Shown: positions 1 to 12,164, counted from the stretch's first letter. The stretch is 64,000 nt of DNA from Rhodosorus marinus CCMP1338 (GCA_029953675.1 JAMWBK010000004.1:2356001-2420000), one strand, 5' to 3'. Made by a program: numbers and translations. Notes: generated from the letters alone by a model not told the origin.

Positions 1-155
1 AGGGAGGGGCAGTGTAATTCTGTTGCAATTGCGGTTTGAGCTCCGGAAGCTCAAGTTATGTTTCATACGGCTGAAACATGGCGATGGTTGTTTACCCCCT
101 TGCACCAAGTCCTGCTAGTTGATTCTCTCGTCGGTCTGACGAACGTGAAGGCCGG

Positions 156-1115
156 ATGGAAGTTTGCGAAGTTTGTGGAGTGCTCGTAAGCACGTCAACG
201 GCGAAGGGCATAAAGCAGCATCTCAGATCAAAACCTCATAAGGATGCCTTGAGGCATGGGAGAAAGGAGGTCGAGAAGAAGGTCGCTGTTTCCTGTCAGC
301 TACACGGCTTTGAGGATGCTGGCATGAATGAGCTTCCAGTAGTCCATCCGAGGGAGCTTGAGCCTGTGGAGAGTAGCTTTTTGGATCCAGACGGGTTTGT
401 GGTCTGTTTGCCACCCCGTCTTGTGCAGAACCCGAAAAAGCACATGAGCTCAGGGTATCCGTTCCTGACCTTGAAAGCCTTGCCCCACAGCCGGGAAGAT
501 CGGGTCATAGACCTTGATATCGGCCAAGTAGTTGAGACTTGCTGCTGTGCTGGTGGTAGGAGACTTCCGAATGTGGATATTAACGGCGAAAACATCTGCG
601 TGAAATCGCACCCGGAGGCTCTCACGCTTCTCCGGTCAGCTATAGATGAGAAGAGGCCATTCTGGGCTTCTGTCCAAGCCGATAGCGAGGTAGCTCACCC
701 AGAGTGGTGGCCGGCGGATAGGATGGTTCCAACTTATACCAACATTCTCATCACGCAGGGAGAGACTTGTGGAATTGGAATGCACATTGATGTGGATCAC
801 TACGCAAACTCGGGACCAGTCATCGACACCTACCTGACGATCATCAAAGGTTCGAAGCAGGTTCTAATGTTCCCTCCCAATGGGTCCAAGGAACACGAGC
901 AGATTGGCTCTAGCAGTCTCCCCAAGCTGCTGACCAAGGACCAGCTAGAGAGGATCGTGGAAGGCAACGGATACTTCTTCACGCTGAGCGCCGATCCGCG
1001 ACCAAGGACCCTGTTCATACCTCGGGCATGGCACCACTGGCTAGTGTCCACTTCTTCAGAATCTATTGCCTTCACGTCTTCCGTGTATAGACGAAGTCCT
1101 GATAGCGCTGTCTAG
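156..1115 (+). CDS. Zinc-finger + JmjC/cupin 2OG-Fe(II) oxygenase, intronless
   Basis: N-terminal CEVC-x14-H-x5-H (U1/matrin-like C2H2). C-terminal JmjC hallmarks: GMHID (HxD), IKGSKQVLMFPP, TLFIPRAWHHW (distal His). Confidence 0.8.
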   Translation: MEVCEVCGVLVSTSTAKGIKQHLRSKPHKDALRHGRKEVEKKVAVSCQLHGFEDAGMNELPVVHPRELEPVESSFLDPDGFVVCLPPRLVQNPKKHMSSGYPFLTLKALPHSREDRVIDLDIGQVVETCCCAGGRRLPNVDINGENICVKSHPEALTLLRSAIDEKRPFWASVQADSEVAHPEWWPADRMVPTYTNILITQGETCGIGMHIDVDHYANSGPVIDTYLTIIKGSKQVLMFPPNGSKEHEQIGSSSLPKLLTKDQLERIVEGNGYFFTLSADPRPRTLFIPRAWHHWLVSTSSESIAFTSSVYRRSPDSAV

Positions 1116-2162
1116 CTCGAGAATCTTAGAGACCGTGGCCTGCAGCCCCACGATGCTGACTACTAAAAACTTACAGCATGTTCCAATGAGAAAAGGCATC
1201 GAACAAGGCGATTCAAAAGATGTCCACCAACTAACATTAGAGCATTAGTGGTGAGTTCGTCCCACTTCCACATCGGTTGATGAACCCGGATCGTCCAGAC
1301 AAAGCATATGTCATCTCGAGCTCATGATACCCCTCCAATCTCCAAGCCACGACGTCGCTCGCTGTCATCTGTGAGCAAGACTTAGAAGTTACACCGAACT
1401 CACCCGTGGTCGTTTGTACAGGTTGAGCCGCAGTATCGTGATGCCTTTGGAGTTCAGAACGCCGGAAAGCCTTGACCAAGTATTGCTCCAAAAGCTCTGA
1501 ATGTAATGACACACAAACAAGAACAGATCGAGAACATCCTTCCCTTCCACTGTGGGGAGATACAGTTCCAGTTTGGGACTGGAAATGTATCTCCCAACAG
1601 TGGATTCCTCCCCCCCCCGGTGGACTTAATGTGAAATTTTTGCCACGTTTTTCTACTATTTTTCTTTTCTCTCAACCGAGGAGCAAGCGTCGATTGGTCC
1701 AAGGGTTGTACCTTCAAAGGACCATTAACCCCCCTTCTAAAACAAAAATGTATTCATGAAATAAACGGATGACTAGATTTCTATTTACAGAAACCATATA
1801 CTGGGTACAATAACCGTAAACGTAAGGACATTCTTAAAAGAGACGGGACGGGGGTTGGGCGCGGGAAGTTGCCGATCTGTTTAATTTCCAATGTTTTTCT
1901 CTAAACTAAATTTTTCATGTGCGGACGACATGATCTGTACTCAGGATCATCTAAAATCCGATGGGACTGCTCTAATTTTATAATAATAAGAGACGGTTCT
2001 ATTCCCAAGGAGCCAAAATATGACATACATCTAGAATTCGAATAGACTAAAACAATCACTCAGCGAATATTTTTGGAGGATGTTGCCTTTTTTTGGAAAC
2101 CCAAATCGGGGAAACCCTTGATGAACTGAGGGGATTGATAGAGGGTTCGTTTAAGGACCACT

Positions 2163-2208
2163 GGGGAGCGGGACGGGAGGGAGGGGAGGGAGGGGTGGGA
2201 GAGGGGGG
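2163..2208 (+). other. G-quadruplex-forming G-run tract upstream of the Mo25 leader
   Basis: ggggagcgggacgggagggaggggagggaggggtgggagagggggg: at least 8 G3+ runs with 1-3 nt loops. Confidence 0.5.
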
Positions 2209-2683
2209 AACCCGATGTATTGAGGTTAGACAAGGAGATGAGGAGTTGGAATCTTGAGTGAGGTCTCTAGAGGTAGATAGGGTTGAGATCTAGTAAGTTT
2301 GATACCATGTGAAAGTCTCGGGTTTTTAATGTTTTAGTTTTTCTTTTGGTGTTCGTTAGGTGTGTGGAAGTGTTTTGTGTAGGTTTGGGTGGGAGGCGCT
2401 GGTGCCTTTTTTTTTTTTTTTTTTTGGTTTTCGGTCATGATGGGCGCCGCTTTTGGCTTGGAAGCGGAATGTAGTTTGCCTGAAGGAGGCGGGCGTTTTC
2501 GCTGGAATCATGAGAGAAGTTGCTTGATTTGAATTGGAGTAAGCATTGTGATGGATTGGTAGTTTTGATGAGGACCCGTGTCTGGTGATTCCTAATTTTG
2601 TTTCCGCGTGAGGGAGGGAGGTGGGGGAAGGCTTTTTTTTTGTTTTGAGTTGAAGGATAATCTTGCGAAGTACGAACGCCAAG

Positions 2684-3953
2684 ATGATGCAGTCGCTGGA
2701 GAACCTTTTGGGCAAGCTTTCCATGCGGAAGAGAACGCCGCAGGATATTGTTGCCCGCCTACGAGAAGAGATCGAAATCGCGGAACTGGATACTAGCCCG
2801 GAGGATACGAAAAAGAAGGTAGGTTTTGTTCAAAGCTCTCCGCAAGCTGGGAGGTGACCACGTGCTTAAAAGAATCTTACGCCCTTGCTAGGCTGTCGAA
2901 AATGCATCCAAATCAATTTCAGCAATAAGGCTGATGCTGTTCGGAGATGGAGTTGCCGAGCCTGTTCAAGAGAGTATTGATGCGTTTGCGAAAATGGCTG
3001 GCGAGGACGATCTGTTGCTGCTTCTTGCTTCGCATCTGAAGATTATGGCGTTTGAGACTCGAAAGGATTGTGTACAGGTCTTCAACAACCTGCTCAAACG
3101 GACAATAAATGATAGTCTCACTGTGCTCGATTATCTGTCGGATAGAGATAACATGGAAGTAGGTTAAGCCATCGTAGGTTCTGCACGAATGCTTTGCTAA
3201 TGCCCTGCCGTGTTCTCGCTTCTCCTCCTCGTCATAGTTGGAAACAAATCTTATGAAGGGATATGAAGCAACAGCAATCGCCCTTGTGTCGGGATCGATG
3301 CTTCGCGAGTGCTTGAGGAGCGAAGCAATAACGAAGAGGATGCTGGAATCGCCTCTCTTTTGGAAGCTGTTTGCGCTGGTAGGCAAAGCCGCAGAGATAG
3401 ATCTGACCTTGGCCTGCGAAAAACTGCAAAAAACTGAACCGCGTCGCACCGCACTTCTTCGCCCACAAAGGTTGAAGCTTCAGACTTCGACGTTGCCTCT
3501 GATGCATACGCAACCTTCAAGGAAATATTAACTAGGCATCAAGCCGTTGTGGCGTCATTTCTAGAAGACGAATACGACAAGTTTTTCGAATGCTACAACT
3601 TGCTTCTGCGCTCCGAGAACTACGTTTCCAGGAGACAGTCCCTGAAACTCCTAGGCGAGCTTCTCATGGACAGGGCTAACTTCAAGGTCATGACAAAGTA
3701 CATAGCGTCGGCGGAGAATCTCAAGTTGATCATGAACCTGCTGTTGGACAAGGGCAAGCACATCCAGTTTGAAGCGTTTCACGTGTTCAAAGTTTTCGTT
3801 GCGAATCCCAACAAGAGTCAACCAGTGTTGACCATTTTGACAAAGAACAAGACAAAGCTTGAGGCGTATTTGAATAACTTCCTCACAGACAGACAAGACG
3901 AACAATTTCAAGAGGAACGAGAGGCGATCGTCGAAGAAATCAAGGAACTGTGA
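2684..3953 (+). CDS. CAB39: Mo25/CAB39 calcium-binding scaffold protein, 4 exons
   Basis: Exons 2684-2818, 2892-3158, 3238-3378, 3471-3953 join in frame across GT-AG introns of 73, 79 and 92 nt. Motifs [59 protein letters not shown]. Confidence 0.95.
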
Positions 3954-4250
3954 GGCGAATGCGCAGTCTGTGGGTCAGAGTGCTTACTAATCTGTGGATT
4001 GCATTCCAAGGCTGAAGCCATAGCAGGTGAGAATTCGTAGCTGCTCAACAGATCGTGGTGGGGCCTTCTTTTCGGTCTAGCCCTCTGGTTTATTGACTAT
4101 ATAGAATTGCGTAGATGAACGGATAGTCCATGGGCACGGCTACACTCGCTGCTGACTCTGAGTTCTTTTCTCGGTTTCGTCTTGATTGACCACCCAGGAA
4201 CCAAACGCGTTTACCGCTGCTATGTGCCCTTGGTAATCAAAGAGACGGCT

Positions 4251-5550
4251 CTATGCACTGACGATTGAGTACTGAGGTGCATCTCGTGTAACGTAGCTCG
4301 CGATTACAGTTACGTCGTCCAGTTTCCCTCCTCGGTGGTCGACATTGTTGTTTTTAGCTTCTGCTGCAAACGGACTTGTATAACTATTGAAAGATACATG
4401 AGATTCCAACGTAGGTTAGCCAACGTCTTGGATGTTCTTCTGTACTAGACTGCACCTGGAAGGCTTCTTCTGCTATTCGTGCGTCCGTTGTAAAATACTG
4501 CTGATGAGAAAGAAAACGTGAATGAGTTTGCTGTACTTACGCCTCGAGCGCGCTCTTCTCGATTGCCGTTTGTGCAAGAGTATTTGCAACCGAGTTAGGG
4601 TCATCACCGCTTGTTTCCACGGTCTCCTTAATCAGTCGGACAATCTCAGCCGGGTATACATTGTCCCAGAGCCCATCGCTCGCAAGAATCACCCAATCAC
4701 CCTCCTGCAGCTGGAAGCGGAAGTTTTTGCCCATCGCCACAGTGTCCTCTGAAGCGGACCCAAGCTGATATGGACAGTTGAAAAAATGCGACTGCTCCGG
4801 GCTCTTGTAGGCTGCTTTGTCACCCCTCGCTACGAGAGCACCGGAGTCGCCGAGGTTGATGCCCACCAACCGTCCTAAGCGATCCATAGCGACGACGCAG
4901 GCTGTGGATGCGCCTTGCTCTGGATTGAGCTCAGCAGCATCGTTCAAGGCGATGTTAATCTTCTCGATGCCTAGATCCCGTACTCCAGCTGATGTGTTCA
5001 CGGCTAGGAACTGTGAAAACGCCTTTGCATCCATTCCTTCTGGTACTGCCGAATTGACGCCGTCAAAAACCCCAAGTGCATTGCCTTCAATGAAGAAGGC
5101 GTCCTCACCACGAGTCTTTCCTACCATGGGATAAGAAGCGTATCCTGCCTGTTGGAGAACGGAAAAACGGTTACCTGGTTCAGAAATACGCGGCAATGTC
5201 ATCTTGTCGAGAAGACTTAATGCATCTTCCGTATCGTACGTCCAATGACCACTCAGCTGCTTCCTTGTTCCCGAACATGTCAAACAAGCCCATGCTCACC
5301 CGCCCTGCATCCTTTCTCCATTCCTTCCTCGCCTCGCAAATGTTTGACCGCTTGCCAATCGCGCCGACACCAACGGGCCCAACGAACGCCATCTTGAAAC
5401 AAGTCCCACCCCTAAAAAGCTAAAGGCTATTTTAGACTTTCGATGTCGAGTCGATTCCTCACGGTAGCACGTCTGTCCTTCCCCCCCCCCGCCCCCTTCC
5501 TCCCTTCTCCTGCCACCCTCATCAAGCGCTCGAGATGTCCTTTTTTTCAT
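4251..5550 (-). CDS. PP2C-family phosphatase, PTC7-like; 5' end uncertain
   Basis: GEDAFF, GVFDGV, INLGDSG, QSHFFNCPYQLG and ASDGLWDNV in ORF 4537-5283. Last exon 4383-4251 gives SPFAAEA...GGKLDDVTV. A microexon at 4456-4472 is needed to keep frame. Confidence 0.9.
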
Positions 5551-7671
5551 GCGAAGCTCAGATCGCTCATATCAGCAAATCCAAACCAATTCGGCTCAAC
5601 GAGAGAGAATTCTAGAACTCCCTGAGGGCGAAGGGGTGCTGGAATGTTTGGCTTTCCAAACGGCCCATCAAAACTCCTCAAGGCGTAGGATTACCACTGG
5701 ATGGATGACAAAATTTGTTGAGGAGTTTCCACAGGATCTATGATCTTCCTCGTCAGGACGCCAGATTCGCCTCAAAGAAACTATCCCTCCCAAACAGGTC
5801 TCAAGAGCTCACTCCCATGCAATACTCTCAAACCCCATTCACATCCGTTCGTTTTCGTTTCATGTCTTACGAAAATAAAAAAAGTGAAATGAAAATTTCC
5901 ATTTCTATTGACCCCTTGGGTATCTACCTCGAAAGTGGATCTCGTATATAAAATCAAAAACTAAACATCGATTTTAAGCAACGGTTAGGTATAGGAGCTA
6001 CCCCCCCTTGCTTCCCTTTTGTTTTGAGTCTGCGTTTTTAATACCACTTATTTTCTTACATCTGTCACTTTTTTGTTGGTGGGAGAGACGCGCAAAAGCA
6101 CAACTTGGTTTGGCTCTTTGCTCGTTTGCTGGACAACTAACGACCGCAACCGGGTGTCCTAGGAGAAGGAAAGGGGAGTCACAAGTTTGTGACTACAAGC
6201 TCATCAGTAAACACTAGCTATTAAAAACGCAATTACTGGCACTCTCATGGCTAGGAGTGCGGACCAAGCATTGCCCCCCCCCCTCCCCGTGCATTTGCGG
6301 CTGTTTACCTAAGGCTAAAACCTCCCTGTTGTAGAGCTCCCAATCCTCAGCGTGTCTGTATTCCTTAAGTGTGTCAATCTTATTCAAGCTCGGATCAGCA
6401 AATACAACGCTAATCGATGCGCGATCGCGATCGCGATGGCGCGTTTCCTCTCTTCGCTGAGTTTCATGCTGTGCCGTTCTACCCATCTTAGTTTAAATAC
6501 CTTTCTCTCGGTCCCGCCTAGCCTTGGTCCTCATGGCTTTTTGTGTCTCTATAAACGATGATGAATCGATGAGTATTTATACCCTTCGTGGAAACGTTCA
6601 ACTACGTCGTGCAAAACCATAACGCGAAGGTCTGGAAGCAGATGAAGTGGCTGCATGTGAACCTGAATATTGCAGTACTATTTGAGTCCAACCAGTCCCA
6701 TTGTCCATGAACGAACCTAACGCCTCGGATTGCGCTGTGTGATGATGTCGAGCTGGTGAGGTCGACGAAGAATTGTTCAATTCCCAGCCACAACGGAATA
6801 GAAAGAGCGCTGGGATGTGGATCAGGCATGGCAAACCGAAGTCTAGTTTCTACACTCAAAGCACCGACTACTGACAAGATGTCCGAAGAATTGTAGAATA
6901 GACTAGGAAAAGCAGAGAACAACAATCTCAGCATTGGTCCCGTCCAGGTAGATGGCTTGCGTCATCCTCTCTGAGATACGTTCGCCAACCACTGCGACGA
7001 GAACAATGACTGGAAGTGTTGAACTCTGCTTCTCGTAAGTGATTTACACTCCAGCTTCGTGACGACCCCGCATCGCTGCTGTCAAGCAACGCCCCTTCAC
7101 CTTACAAGACTTGGCGGGAAACAAGTTTCCCGCGAACAAATTATATATAAAACTCGAAAGTTTCAAATAGATAACATTCCAAATAAGAAATACATGTCAC
7201 TCCAAAAACTCCATGACCATAAAACTTTGTCTCGTTAATAACCACTGAAATTAATTTTAGTTGCGTGCTGTACAGGTGGGAAATTTGTTAAAATTTATGG
7301 GTAGGAGGTTAATTACATCAAAATAGAGACAAATGACGTATTATTGCATGGTGATAATCAATTGTATTGCATGTGAACCCGATGGCAGTGCTCGGGTTTT
7401 GAGTTACGATGGGCCTAGTGATGAGGATTCATAGTTTTGAAAGGAGCGACAGAATGAAACCTTAGAGCTAGAGGCGTAGAGACGTTCTGAGGGTGTTCGT
7501 TTTGGTCGAGTATACTGGAAACATTTGTGCTCGCTTTCGTAGCTTTCTGGGGTTGCGCCAGGTATGTTTGTGGTATTTCAAGGTCGTCTCCCGGAGACTG
7601 GAGTGACTGCTTCCTCGCCAATTGAATCCTTTTGAAACCATTTTTATATGTTCAGTTTGACTTGAACGATC

Positions 7672-8481
7672 ATGGCTGGGACTGACCGGGATTACTATGA
7701 CATCGACGACATCCTGATGGCTGAAGAGGTAGTTGTGATCCTACCCGCGTACTCCGCTACCGTTCGTGCTTCGAGCTCACAGAATTTTTTTGTTTTTGGA
7801 ATTTTTTAGAACATCGTTTGCACGTTTAACGTTGCGGCGAAGCGACTTGGGTTTCTAGACCAGTCGGCGGATAGTTCTCATCGGGATGTAGTTGATGGAG
7901 AAGAGGACAACCTCTCAGACGATGGCGAGGATGAAGAGGAGGAGGAGGAGGAGGAGGAAGTCACAGAGAGCAATGGACTGGAAAGACAGGTTGCAGGAGA
8001 TCTACCGGTGGACACAAAAGTTGAACTACCCTATTGGCTCGCTGAAACTCTGGCGCGAAGGAAATTCGTGATGATGCAGCTCCCGAGGCACTACAATGCC
8101 AAGGTTCGCAATGATCTACGAGCGGGACCCGTGGCAGTGAACCTCAGCGACCGGTCAGCGTACTTTTTTGAGCTAGGCTTCCGCCTCTCGGCACTTCTTA
8201 TCGATGACGAGCTGGCGGAAATCCTGAGAAAAGGGTACGCGGCGAGGTGCTGGCGAGTTGTGGATAGTGCTGGATGGGAAGGCAAGGTGAAGGGCTTGAT
8301 GGTCGCAATGAAGAAGCTGGATAGCAGAGAACGACACCTATACATGCTGGTGACGAATCTCATCAACGCATATGGAAAGTGGAAAGAGAGGTGTGCTGAA
8401 AGAATTGGCTCTGCAAGGAAGCATCGGAAGCGCCCGTACGAGGAATCGACACGCCACTATCATGCAACCCGACGACCCTGA
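7672..8481 (+). CDS. GINS3: GINS complex subunit Psf3, 2 exons, with acidic insert
   Basis: Exon 1 (7672-7728) YYDIDDILMAEE; intron 7729-7809; exon 2 has KVELPYWLA, LRAGPVAVNL and YFFELG. Confidence 0.9.
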
Positions 8482-8578
8482 GAAATGCCCTCTCTTGCCC
8501 ACATAAGACTAACACTGTGCGTTCCCCCTTCTTTACAAATCGTGATCACTGACATTCTCTAATATTTAAAAGAGCTTC

Positions 8579-9088
8579 TTGCTTTGAGAAAGGACAAACC
8601 AACCCGACCATGCAGTCCACAAGCAGAACACTGAGCGCCACCTTCTACTGATCCCACCTCGCCGTCCCAGCCCAAGCAGACCCAACAGAGATATTGCCGG
8701 ACGGTGCCGAGGCAGCATCAGTTGAACCTGTAGAAGGTCTCAGGTTAAAGGTTTTGATCAGAAGTGCACAAGAGCGCCCTGAAGACATCCACTAAGCATC
8801 TGGTCAGACCATTTCCTGGCACTATCCATAGACTCAAGGGGACGGGTTGATATGCTCACTCGGAGTTTCCATGCTAAACTACAGCGCGACCGCCAACCAC
8901 CTGTCCACGTACGAAAGTGCAGACGATAAGCACGGACTACCAAGCGATGAGCCTTCTCTTACGATTTTCTTTCAGCTTTATCGCAAAGGCGACAAAGCTG
9001 AAAGAAACTCATTAAAGGAATGCATTGCTTTGAGAAAGGACAGACCAAACCGACCATGCAGTCCACAAGAAGAACACTGAGCGCCACC
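8579..9088. repeat. 64-bp direct repeat pair (8579-8642 and 9025-9088)
   Basis: ttgctttgagaaagga...ctgagcgccacc occurs twice, 446 bp apart, with 3 mismatches. Confidence 0.9.
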
Positions 9089-9413
9089 CCTGCTTCCAGA
9101 TCTCAACATCGAAAAAGTGAACCCGTCTGGTTCACCAAGTTCTCGTTCCACGCGACCAGTCTACTTGCTTGCCGAACCTTTGAGCTGCTGAGTATCAATA
9201 TAACTTAAAATACAGGGAGAACCCCGCAAGGGAAAAGCCCTCAAGCGCTTCGTGCACCATCGCGTTCACGCAGCGTGGGCCGAAGAGAACACGACATGAG
9301 ATGATAGCTCTTGAAGCTGAGTTGGACTCGCAACTACTGTTTGACGATGACACGATAGTCGAAAGAGTGGGACTAGGAGAGATTCTGGATGGGAAATTGA
9401 TTCATTAGGTGAT

Positions 9414-10240
9414 ATGCCACGAGCGAGTTCGAAGAAGTCAGGGAGGAAGCGTGAAAGGAGTGATCAACCCAAGGCTGAAGAGGCTGAAATCATCGATGTG
9501 TCCTGCCGCTGCGTCTATCCCCCAAAGGCTTACTATGGGGAGAAGATGGTAAACGTTCATATGAAGAGGAGACAGGGATATCAGGACCTCATTCATGCCG
9601 TCGAGGACTTTTTCACAGAGAAAGAGTGCATGGCCTGGATCGAGTATGGCGAGAGGTGAGCTTTGGTTTCAGCGAGAATGGTCACCATTTGGGCAGTACG
9701 GGTTCGTACATGTTCTCGGCAGCTGAGAGTAACTGGTGCTAATGAATTATGGTTAGGTACGGATTTACTGAAGCTTTCCACTTGGCTTCAGCCGACCTTG
9801 CACATCGGGACAATGGCCGGATTCAATTCAATTCCGATGAAATTGCCTCCCAGATTTTTGACAGGGTGAAGGTGATGCTTCCTGACACGTTTGAGAAGCT
9901 AGTACCTGCTGGATGTTCATCCAATATCAGGCTATATCGATACATAGAAGGTCAACGGTTCGGCAAGCATGTGGATGAGTCGCATGACGGAGAAAATGGT
10001 GAACGTAGCGTATTCACGCTGCTTATATACCTCAATCACGAGGGCTTAAGAGGCGGTGAGACTGTGTTCTACAAGGGCAATTATGGTGATAAATTAGCGC
10101 TCAGTTATGCCCCAAGGGCTGGCTCCCTACTTCTCCACGGCCATGGCTCTAGGTGCATGGTTCACGAGGGCAAGCCGGTGGTTGAAGGACAAAAGTACGT
10201 CCTTCGGACGGATGTCATGTACCGAAGACCGAAAAGTTAA
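9414..10240 (+). CDS. Prolyl-4-hydroxylase-like 2OG-Fe(II) oxygenase, 2 exons
   Basis: Intron 9656-9756 joins the exons in frame. RLYRY...FGKHVD (HxD), TLLIYLN, GGETVF, HEG, KYVLRTDVMY. Confidence 0.9.
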
Positions 10241-10377
10241 AAGCTTAGGCGGTTGTATAGTTTATAAGAGGATTAAAAGAAACTATCCAATGCAGTGGGG
10301 CAACACTAGAAACTCGGTTAGAAGTACTTTTCCAAGCTGAAATTATCCGCGTAGGCGAATTAGGTTTTCTCTGCCGC

Positions 10378-10650
10378 TTAGGTAGTCTTCTCCGCTGCTT
10401 CCAACTCAGCAGCTTTGGCCGCCTTTCTCTTACTTCGACGTCTCAAAAGCCAAATCGACCCGAAAAGCGTTACATAAGTAACAATAACGTAGTACGGCCG
10501 ATTCGCATTCTGGAATTCAATATAAGTCTTTTCACCCGACTTGTACTGCGCATAGGATACAGTTTCCTGCGTTGCCATGCCCCGAGCAGACATTTGCCGT
10601 TCAGAACGGACCAAATTCCTCAAAAGACTACGGCTCGCAAGACCCGCCAT
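10378..10650 (-). CDS. Small single-pass protein with mitochondrial presequence (90 aa)
   Basis: Arg/Ser-rich N-terminus ending ARGMA, one hydrophobic segment YYVIVTYVTLFGSIWLL, and a basic tail. G/T-rich leader on the minus strand. Confidence 0.65.
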   Translation of the reverse strand: MAGLASRSLLRNLVRSERQMSARGMATQETVSYAQYKSGEKTYIEFQNANRPYYVIVTYVTLFGSIWLLRRRSKRKAAKAAELEAAEKTT

Positions 10651-12164
10651 AGTTCACCCAATTTTCCACAACCGCTCCAAAACCCAAAACAAAAATTAAA
10701 CCAACAACCGTCCTTCCTCCCTTCTTTCAAAATGAAATGAAGAAGAAATCTTACTTTCGCTCTCTCTACCTCTGCAACGCTAATCCCACAAAATTTCCAC
10801 CGGCCGATCTCTTCTACACCTTCCCCACACCGTCTCCACCAGCTCCTAGACATCTCTTTTAGGAGAAATCTTCGAATTCGATAACGTTTTCAATGGTTTT
10901 GATGACGTACCCTTCAAAACGAATCGAATTTTCCATGTTCTCATCTAGTCCTCTCAAATACACCCGTTTCGAACGGAATTGGGAGTTTATGGAAATACCC
11001 GTTTATGGAAAGAGTTTTACTATAATAGCGCTTTTGTTTAGTAGTCTTCCATAGATTAAATCCGTTGGTGATAGATCAATGGGGAAGGTTTGGGGTTTTG
11101 TGCTAGCTGAAGATGAGTCTCATGTTTGAAAAACAAGCAGGAGGTTTGCTCCTGTCCAAAGATCGAGTTTCACTACGACCTTCTGGGTCAGCGGGGAATA
11201 CAAAGGGAGGCTATAGAGCCACGACTTCAGACATTCGACTCCCCGGCATTCGACTTGTTCACACGAAGCTGACCGAGGTACCACAACGATTTCGACGAAA
11301 AATCGAGATCCAAAATTAAACGCCATGTACCTAGCTGGTGTGTGATCTCTAAACTCTGGCAAAAATGCCATCTAAACACTCTACCTCAAGCCCGACCTTC
11401 CTGCCCAGCATCAGACAAACCCAGAGCGCCTACCAAACCCAACAGCCGAACAGCCGATCAGCCGATCCTGCCATTCCCGGCTAAATTCCGAACTCGAAAA
11501 AAACACAAAAAACAAGAAAGTATTCCAATCATGTCATACCAAGGGTAGAAGTAATACCATTTATCATAAAAAAGAAATTTTATTTGCCTAGATCGAATTC
11601 CCAACACTTATCCTACCCTTGGATTTAGCAAGAAGCCGACAAGCCCGTTATTGATTGAGTCAGTCAATTTCTTGCCATCTCGTTCTTGTCCTTTTTTCGG
11701 TGAGTGAACGACTGTTTTAGGTGGCTGAGGATGCGGTCGAGGTTCGCCATTACATCTTTCTTTCGTTCTGCTTGGAGATGAATGAATAGAGTGAATTGGT
11801 TTCTCCTTTGATGATACATGTATAGGATCTGTGTGAGCTCTTGATACATCTACTTGCGCTTTGACTCTGCTTTCATTTGAAGGGTTGTGCGGCATACTGT
11901 GTTTTCTAGTTTGTTCTATGGTTTCGTGTCTGGTTAGGGGTAACGATTGCATTTTGTGGTGCCAAGAGGGGGGGGGGGAGGGAAACAGAAGTCTGGGTTA
12001 GAGAGAGGACTCGGTTCTGGAAGACATTTTTTAATAACCGAAAAAGGACTGCAAAATTCTTTCCTCGTCGCACAGACTTTGTTAGATTGAGTTTAACGCG
12101 TACTTAAATGTGCTGGTTCCTTTTGCAGAAGCCTTGAAGAGGTTGTCTCTTTGCAAGGTTGAAC

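Noticed and set aside
1170-1512. Spliced minus-strand ORF convergent with the JmjC gene
   Set aside because: It needs 35- and 41-nt introns, shorter than the well-supported introns here, and the peptide is unrecognisable.
6418-6437. Palindromic cgcgatcgcgatcgcg containing two overlapping cyanobacterial HIP1 sites (GCGATCGC)
   Set aside because: Isolated short slippage repeat. I saw no HIP1 enrichment elsewhere, so it is not evidence of recent cyanobacterial DNA.
6554-6666. Possible C/D snoRNA (ATGATGA...CTGA)
   Set aside because: No terminal stem and no recognisable rRNA or snRNA antisense guide.
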